Origin: the human T2T-CHM13v2.0 reference genome, Homo sapiens
Assembly: GCF_009914755.1 (NCBI RefSeq)
Contig: NC_060928.1
Reading direction: 5' to 3' (one strand)
Length of the DNA stretch: 64,000 nt
Shown: positions 56,915-64,000 of the stretch, in pieces
Layout: each line of letters begins with the position of its first letter
Position numbering within the stretch: position 1 is the first letter of the stretch
Program-made: the position numbers and the translations under genes
The notes under the pieces: model-generated
What the model was told of the DNA's origin: nothing
Database searches by the model: none
What the model saw: the letters and a program-made list of their open reading frames with translations, nothing else

Positions 56915-57445
56915 CTGTTTAGGGGAAGCGGCAAGCAGGTTTCCTACCTTAGTCCCATGCCTGAGTGTGGTGTACAATTTGGAGTGAATCCTCTTGTATC
57001 TGGAATGATACAAGCCCCAAAATAAATAGGTTTCTTTCACCCTTGAGCTTGAGCCACATGTCTTGGCTCTTGCCTTCTCTTTGCCAATGGTATGGACCAC
57101 TTTTAGTCTATAGCACCTGTGGATAAACAGGTCCCTTATCTTGTGCAGCTTCCATTGCTGGAGCTTATAGTGTTCACTCTATGTCTTCTGCAGATTCTGT
57201 GCCATGTGGTTTACAACCCACCCAGTGGTGAACACATATATCTCCTGAAAGGGCTTTTAAGATTGTTGCTCTGCAATATCAAAAGGGCCTTCCAATTGAT
57301 ATCCTCAATTATCTCCAATTATGATACTGTGCTCTCATGGGTCTGGCTTCAGACTGACCCAAAGAAGGATTGGCATTCCCTGTGCAAATTGGACTCCTCC
57401 TCATGCTTCACCTACAGGCTGTTTGCCTATCCTCCTCACTAAAGG
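56915..57445 (-). mobile_element. Possible ancient LTR-retroelement pol relic (RNase H to integrase zinc finger)
   Basis: Minus-strand translation through stops gives IYVFTTGWVVNHMAQNL..QQWKL..LKVVHT, then CGSSSRVKETYLFWGL / DTRGFTPNCTPH. This loosely resembles RNase H and Gypsy-type HHCC motifs. Confidence 0.4.
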
Positions 57446-57727
57446 CAGGCAGGGGTGCTATTGGTGTTGTAGCAATTCAATGATTATAGTCTAAAGTGTT
57501 CAAGAGAAGATGTGGCTGGCCAATGGGCTATTCTACATTTATACTATACAATTCTAAATGGTAAATTTAGTATGACCAAAAAAAAAAGAATTATCATTCA
57601 AAGTTTCCTGGATACTATGGGCAGGATTTATATCTGTGGTCATCATTAATAAATCATAGTGCTAGTCTTGAGAAAATCATTAAAAGCCAGCATTCATCGG
57701 TGACACTTTAGATGATGCAGCCTCACG

Positions 57728-58114
57728 TGCATTAGTTTTATAGTGATACTATAACACATTATCACAAACTAGGTGGCTTATTTCAACAGAAATTTATTAT
57801 CTTACACTTCTGGAGGCCAGAAGTTTGAAATTAAAGTGTTAGGTTGGTTCCTTCTGTAGACCTGAAGGGAGAGTGAGTTCAATTCCTCTCTCTAGCTTCT
57901 GGCGGTCACTGGCAATCCTTGGTGTCACTTGGATTGTAGACGCATTGCTACAATCTCTGCCTCTTTCTTCACATGTCACTCTTCTCTTCTGTGTCTGTGT
58001 CCAACTTTCCCTCCTCTTACAAGGACAAGTGGCATTGCATTAGGGCTCACTCTAATCCAGTGTGATCACATCTTAACTTGATTGTATTTGCAAATACTAT
58101 TTACAAATAAGGTC
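57728..58114 (-). mobile_element. MLT1C LTR (first part; resumes at 59968-60037)
   Basis: CACAAACTAGGTGGCTTA..CAACAGAAATTTATT..TTCTGGAGGCCAGAAG; TGGCAATCCTTGG; CAAATAAGGTC. Continues after MER52 as GGAGTTAGTACT..CACAACTCTACCCACAACA. Confidence 0.85.
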
Positions 58115-58133
58115 TCAAATAAGGCCCAATAAA

Positions 58134-59967
58134 GCCCATCTGGAGTGGCTGCTGCCATCACACCACTGCAGCATGGTGGTGTGGCTGGGGCTGCACACTC
58201 TGTGGAGCCAGAGGGAGCCAGGGACAAGTGGGAGCCCTGACCCTTCCAAGGTGGTAGGGCAGGAGCTCCTGGGTGCAGCTGCAGCTACCCAAGTCGTGGC
58301 TGTGGATCCTGCCTCCTGCTCCATGAAGCAGGCAGGTGTCCCACCCTCTCAGATGCAGCTGCAGCCACCCAATTCGTGGCTGAAGACTTGGGCTTTCCTG
58401 TGCTCTTGGCAGGGGGCAGGAGCAGGCAAGAGACCTGCCCTCGTGGGCACAGCTGCAGCCACCCAAATTGAGGCTGCACACTTGGGCCTACTGCTTCACA
58501 AAGCAGTCAAGAGCACCCAGCCCCACCCTCCCCACAACAGCAGCTGCAGCTGCCCAAACCGTGACTGTGGACACAGGCATCCCTGCACTCTAGGGAACCT
58601 GGGAAGGCCCCCCTTGCCCTTGCAGGTTCAGAAGTGCCTGCTCCAAGTGCCTGGCTTTTCCCTGCTATTGGTGCTTACTCTGATCTCAGAGCAAAGTCGA
58701 GGCTGAGCCTGGGCACTGTCACAGCCCAGCTGGGTGTGCATGCTCTTGGGGGAGTGCTGATACATAATTCCTCTGCCAACTCAGCCCCCTCTGGACTTTG
58801 GTTCCCAATGAGCATAGAAGGGAAGCTGATGGGGGGCTGAGGGCAGCTTGGTACTGGCCTGCAGGTGCCCCTTGGAACCTAGAGCCTGGGCACCAGGAAT
58901 GGCAGCAGGAGGCAGACAGGCTCTTGGGTGGAAGGGAGTGGTCCCCTGTGAAGCTCCACCTTCAGGCCAGGGTGGGCTTAAAGGCTGAGGGCCGGGCTGT
59001 CAGACCCACTGACTGGAGTGGGAACTTGTGGTGCCTTTTCAAGGCCTGCCCATGGTTGTCCGTGGACCAATCAATATGCACTTCCTCCCTGCTAAGGCCC
59101 ACAAAATCCCTGGAATCAGCCAGAGCAGAGCGGACGTTGGGATGACCAGCTACCCACCCTAGGGCCTCCTCTCTGCTGAGAGATGTAGACATTAGGCCGA
59201 ATGGCTGCATACAGAAGCTACCCACTCCAGGGCCTCCTCTCTGCTGAGAGCTGCAGACGTTGGTACAAACAGCTGCAGAGAGGAATTGTCTACTCCAGTG
59301 CCTCCTCTGAGCTATTCTGTCACTCAATAAAGCTCCTCTTCACCTTGCTCACCCTCCACTTGTCCACATACCACATTTTTCTTAGATGGAAGACAAGAAC
59401 TTGGGACCTGCCCAATGGCAGGGATGAAAGAGCTATACCACAAACAGGGCTGAAACATGTCCCTTGCTCAACACCTTGTGGGTAAAGAGAAGGAGAGAAG
59501 AACTGAAGCCCTTTGGGAAGCCCAGACCTGAGAGCTCACCAAGCCAGGACTGTGACTCCCTCTTTGGGACCCTGAACTTCCTGGAGTCTCCAAGCTTCCA
59601 GGCAGCACTTCATTCCCTGGTGGCAGACAGGGAAGCTGCTTGTGGTCCATCTGGTCCCGCCACAGGCTCGCAGAGAACCAGCACACATGTCAGCACCTGG
59701 TGCTGCCCACTCTGCTGCAGCAGCTGGGATGACTCACTGTGTGAAATAGCCAGACAACACGCTCGCTCACTCACATACCCCTCACCACTCCATACCTGAC
59801 CTGCCCTTGGCAGATGTAAGATCCAGGTTGGCAGCATGAGCTGAGCACAGACTGTCAGGCTAAGTGGGCAGAATTAACCCAGGGAGCCCAAGCCAAACTT
59901 GGGCAAAGATGCCACTGGCCACATAGGTTTCTGGCAAGAAAAGGGACACCCCAAGGATCCTGCAACA
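58134..59967 (+). mobile_element. MER52 (MER52A-like) long GC-rich solo LTR nested in MLT1C
   Basis: GCCCATCTGGAGTGGCTGCTGCC start, internal GCTGCAGC repeats, duplicated CCCAC..AGGGCCTCCTCTCTGCTGAGAG, AATAAA at 59326, ends GACACCCCAAGGATCCTGCAACA. Explains the ORF cluster at 58115-59837. Confidence 0.88.
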
Positions 59968-60037
59968 TTATGGGTATGGGGAGTTAGTACTGGAATATAT
60001 CTTTTTGGAGGAAGAGAACACAACTCTACCCACAACA
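59968..60037 (-). mobile_element. MLT1C LTR (second part)
   Basis: Continuation of the interrupted MLT1C, ending CCCACAACA. Confidence 0.75.
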
Positions 60038-62048
60038 ATGAATAATGATGTATACAGCATTAAGTACACTGTATTAAGGATCTTCAGAGTCAAAAAGATC
60101 TGTATCATTGAATACTGGAAGGTTCTAAGGAAACTTGCCAGTGGTAACAACATTGCTACTTTTATTTCTTGGCCAGAGATATGAAATTAGCCAGTAATGC
60201 ACAATTAATAATAGAGAAAAGATGATGCAAGGGCACTATGAAGACTCTTTATGTGTACTCATTGGGTGATAAATACATAAGAGCCTCTTTTCTACCCACT
60301 ATTCTTAATCTTCATTGATAACTCACTATCTCACGTGTTCTAAATAATTTTGTAAAAATGGTTTTATGAATCAAATTGTTTATATAGACAGGGACTTCCA
60401 AAAGTAATTTTGCTGGAACCTCAGCCACCTAGAAGACTTAGTAGCAGCCCTAGTCACTCCCTTCATAAAATAATACCAAAGACTACATTGCCTGTGGTAT
60501 ATACCCAATACCTCTAAAGCTATATAACATGAATTTCTACACTTCTGCTACACAAACTAATTCAGAGTATTATGTTGGGTTTAAATAGCTAGCCTCTAAA
60601 AATACTTTAACTCCAAGAGTTATTCCTAGGAAAGAACATGAAAATAAATTTTATTTATTTCACCATATTATTTGTGGATGTAACAGTATATTCATACATC
60701 TTTATTCATACTCACAGATTGTAAGTAGATTACACTTTCCTCCAAATTTCAAATTTGATTGATGGTAACTCATTAGAGAGAGTATTTCACCAAGTCTTCT
60801 CAGCCACATGTTTATAAACTATCTCTTTGGAAACAGCACATCTGCACATGATTATGCCACTTGTTTTAACCTAATTTTTATAATAGATTTGCCCTCTGAA
60901 ATTGTCATTTTCTAGACCTTGTACTGTAAATCACAAGACAACTTATAGTTAGATACCTATGTACACAGTACAATACTGACACTGACATCCCAACAAGCTG
61001 TAAAGTCCATGTAGAATCTCTCACATGAATAATCCTGTAACAGATTATGGATCATTTTAAGGTGTCAGCTGTATGCTAAGGACTGACAACTACACTGTAT
61101 CTTATACACAGTCAAATATCTTCATAAGGGATACAGCCCTGAAAGCTGTCACTGAATTCTCATGCCTCAGCAGTAAGCTTTTAACTGATTCACTGGAAGT
61201 CAAGTCAAATCAAGACTTGAAAGATAAGATGAAGAAAAACCAGATCAATAACATGCTCATTTCTTTTGGGAGAACCACTGACAGACTGTGGCTCCAATGC
61301 AGCATGAAGCTCCTAACTAAGAAAATCTGTTGTTAGCACAGTTCTATTCTACAGCTGTCCATGCAGGAGAGTAATGTTAGTGTTGGAGAGACAAGGAAAA
61401 TATATAATCGGGGGAAGGGCAGTGAGGTTGAGATTGTTAGGGTTCTTCTCATTAAGTTAATCTTCTACCTAGGATACTGAAAAGTTTCATGAATATAATC
61501 AGCAACAACCAACAAGTAGCTTATTAATCTACTAGTTTGGAACACAACCATTTAGAATAGAAAGGGGAGATTTTACAAAATATCTACATGAAATTTGTTT
61601 TGATATAGACCTTATATTGTATTTCACTTGTGATCTCTGTTTGTAATACAACTAGAATATAATGTTTTCTTTCTTAAATCCAGTAGTATATTTAAAAGAT
61701 TTATTTGGTAGCATTGAGAAGGGAATTTGGAGAAGGAGTTCATCATGGACAAGTGGTTTTAACTCCAGTTTTAAAATGAGTCACCCTCTTTGATTCAATC
61801 TTTTTATCACACAGAGAACAGTGTATTATTTATTTTAAAATATCTTCCCTATGCATTATTTCCTTTTCTTTCTGGTAGTCACAGCTATAATACAAATGCC
61901 ATCAATAGGAAATTATTACCTATTTTATAGAATTATTTAAAAACTACTTATTGAAATAAAACATGTAATACAAAAATAGCCTATTTCATTTGTAATAAGA
62001 GATATCACATATCTTTCAAAGTTACCATGAAAAAAGAAATAAGAAATA

Positions 62049-62401
62049 TGTATTAGTCTGTTTTCATTCTGCTGTTAAAGTCATACCCGAGACTGGGAAG
62101 AAAAAGAGGCTTACTTGGTCTTACAGTTCCACATGCCAGGAGAAGTCCTCAGAATCATGGCGGGAGGTAAAGTCACTTCTTACATGAGAGTGGCAAGGGA
62201 AAATGAGGAAGAGGCAAAAGCGGAAACCCCTGATAAACTCATCAGGTCTCATGAGACTCATTTACTATCACGAGAACAGCACCAGAAAGACCCGCCCCCA
62301 TGATTCAATGGCATCTCCCTAGCTCCCTCCCACAACACGTGGGAATTCTGGGAGATAAAATTCAGTTGAGATTGGAATGGGGACACAGCCAAATCACATC
62401 A
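62049..62401 (-). mobile_element. THE1 (THE1C-like) solo LTR
   Basis: TGTATTAGTCTGTTTTCA..CATACCCGAGACTGGGAAGAAAAAGAGG..GCAAAAGCGGAAACCCCTGATAAA..GGGGACACAGCCAAATCACATCA; perfect 5-bp TSD AAATA (62044-62048 / 62402-62406). Confidence 0.93.
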
Positions 62402-64000
62402 AAATATAAATCCATACATAATAAATTACCTACCATTTTTTTCTTTCATAAATTACCTAAGATTTGATGCTGAAAAGAAAGGCATTAACAGTAAAATGTT
62501 TTAGTCCGATGGGATAAACGGACATTTTGAAAAGAAAAATATATTTGGGTCACCATAGCATTTTGAGGCATGAAGCTTTAACAAGGCTTTTGAGAACTAG
62601 GATAATTTAAATTAGAGGGACTTGATTTCAGATACAAAGCAGATCATAATCAAAAGTTTCTCTTTCATAAATTTTCTGATTAGGAATCTCAAAAAGGTAT
62701 ATTTAACATTCAGGAGTTGTTTAACAATAATGAGTCTATGGATAATTTGCCATAAAATGTAAGCACTAGATTATACTTCATAGATACAGAGTCAGTACCA
62801 GTTCATTTGTGAAACTCAATCCTTCACAAGAGAATTTTGTTTTAACCACTATTCAGAGATGGTCAGAATGTAAACACCATACTTACATATTCTATGTTTT
62901 AATTTCTCATTAATTTCATACAGGTTTATTGCAGATATAACATTCAAATTCCTATAGGACACAGATGGGAAACTGCACCATTGAAATGGTTGTAAGATTT
63001 AACAACAGAATCTCTGGACCATGACAAACAGGACTAACCACACAAGATTTTTGTAACTAGAGAGCAGCTGCTCTTTGATGATGACTTTTGGGAATGTGGA
63101 TGAGTGTTTTTAATTTTTTTTTCAGACAAGCAAGATTACTATGCAAATTTTCCCCAATTTTAGAGATTTATTCCAAATAAAATTTAAATATTATGAAATA
63201 CTGCAGACCCAACACAAAATGTCTACAGGTGGAATCTTGCCCAGGGACAATAAATTTGTTAGTTCATGTTGGACAAATCCTACTAAATAATTGTTTTAAA
63301 TGCCAGGCTTTGGAAAATAAAGATAATTAAGCATTTTTTTTTTTTGTCTTTCAAGAAGTACACAGACTTAGTAAGGAAGACTAGGCCCGCACATAACATC
63401 TGTGTTTGCAAGTCCAAGTCAAGAGTACAAATGTAGTCACCCAGCATTTCCCCTTCTATTCCTCTATAACTCTTCACTAAAAGGAACATCTCAGCCCTCA
63501 CATCCAAGCTCCATCCACAGCCATTGAGTCAACCACAGAAGCCTCACGCTTAACATTAGGGCTTAATGGTGAGCACACTAGTAGTAAAGTCACCTTTCTG
63601 TAGCCTCGGGGAAATGAACTATGGAGGAATAAGAGGAGGAGAGCTCTGAGATATAAATTCCATGCAGAAGGTATAACAGGCTTCAGGTGGGCAGGAATCC
63701 TTAGCTCCTGCCATCCAGTCACACTGGAAAGTGGGATGACAAATGGAGGGCAAAACAGAAGTACTCTAAAGCATTGTGTAGGGAGCAGGTGCTTGATGGT
63801 TAACTCTAAGGGTTATATTGAGGGAGGACAATGTACAGACAAATATTTTGGGCATTAGTTGATCACTTACCCTTATGTCCTCAGTTACAAGTCTACAGAG
63901 GTTTATCTCCTATGTAACATACTTGGCAGCTACTTACTCTCTTACAAGCACGCTGTATTCAAGTTTAGAAAAGCTTACATAATCCACTCTTAATATCTGA

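Noticed and set aside
58115-59837. Cluster of overlapping 64-177 aa ORFs in a GC-rich island
   Set aside because: Lies within the MER52 LTR. High GC suppresses stop codons, no domain is recognisable, and it is CpG-depleted, so it is not a CpG-island gene.
60880-61340. Moderately complex unique stretch with an 87-aa ORF
   Set aside because: Translations I tried on both strands gave no convincing motif, so I could not assign it.
63283-63722. Adjacent minus-strand ORFs containing GDYICTLDL, vaguely like a reverse-transcriptase motif
   Set aside because: Downstream RT motifs (PFG/PQG, YxDD) were not found; too weak without an HMM search.

Overview
This is AT-rich, gene-poor primate DNA, almost certainly human because it carries AluYa5-type insertions, and it reads as intergenic or deep intronic. 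I can support no protein-coding exon, RNA gene or CRISPR array. The ORF track is explained by repeats (Alu, L1 ORF2 remnants, LTRs) or by chance. The window is a layered record of transposable elements: about 12 Alu/FLAM copies (two young Ya5-type), L1PA/L1MA/L1MC fragments, solo LTRs (LTR1, MER4, MER52, MLT1/2, THE1), MER58A/MER53 DNA transposons, and MIR/L2 relics. Repeat family names come from my recollection of consensus sequences and were not run through RepeatMasker. The most interesting signals are DNA-repair scars in unique sequence. Two independent locally templated insertions (244 bp and ~135 bp) were each copied from ~0.95 kb downstream and have palindromic or microhomology junctions. 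There are also several perfect hairpins, a possible ancient Gypsy/ERV-like RNase H-integrase relic, and a compact ARE/ETS/GATA motif cluster. I see no evidence of a new gene system.
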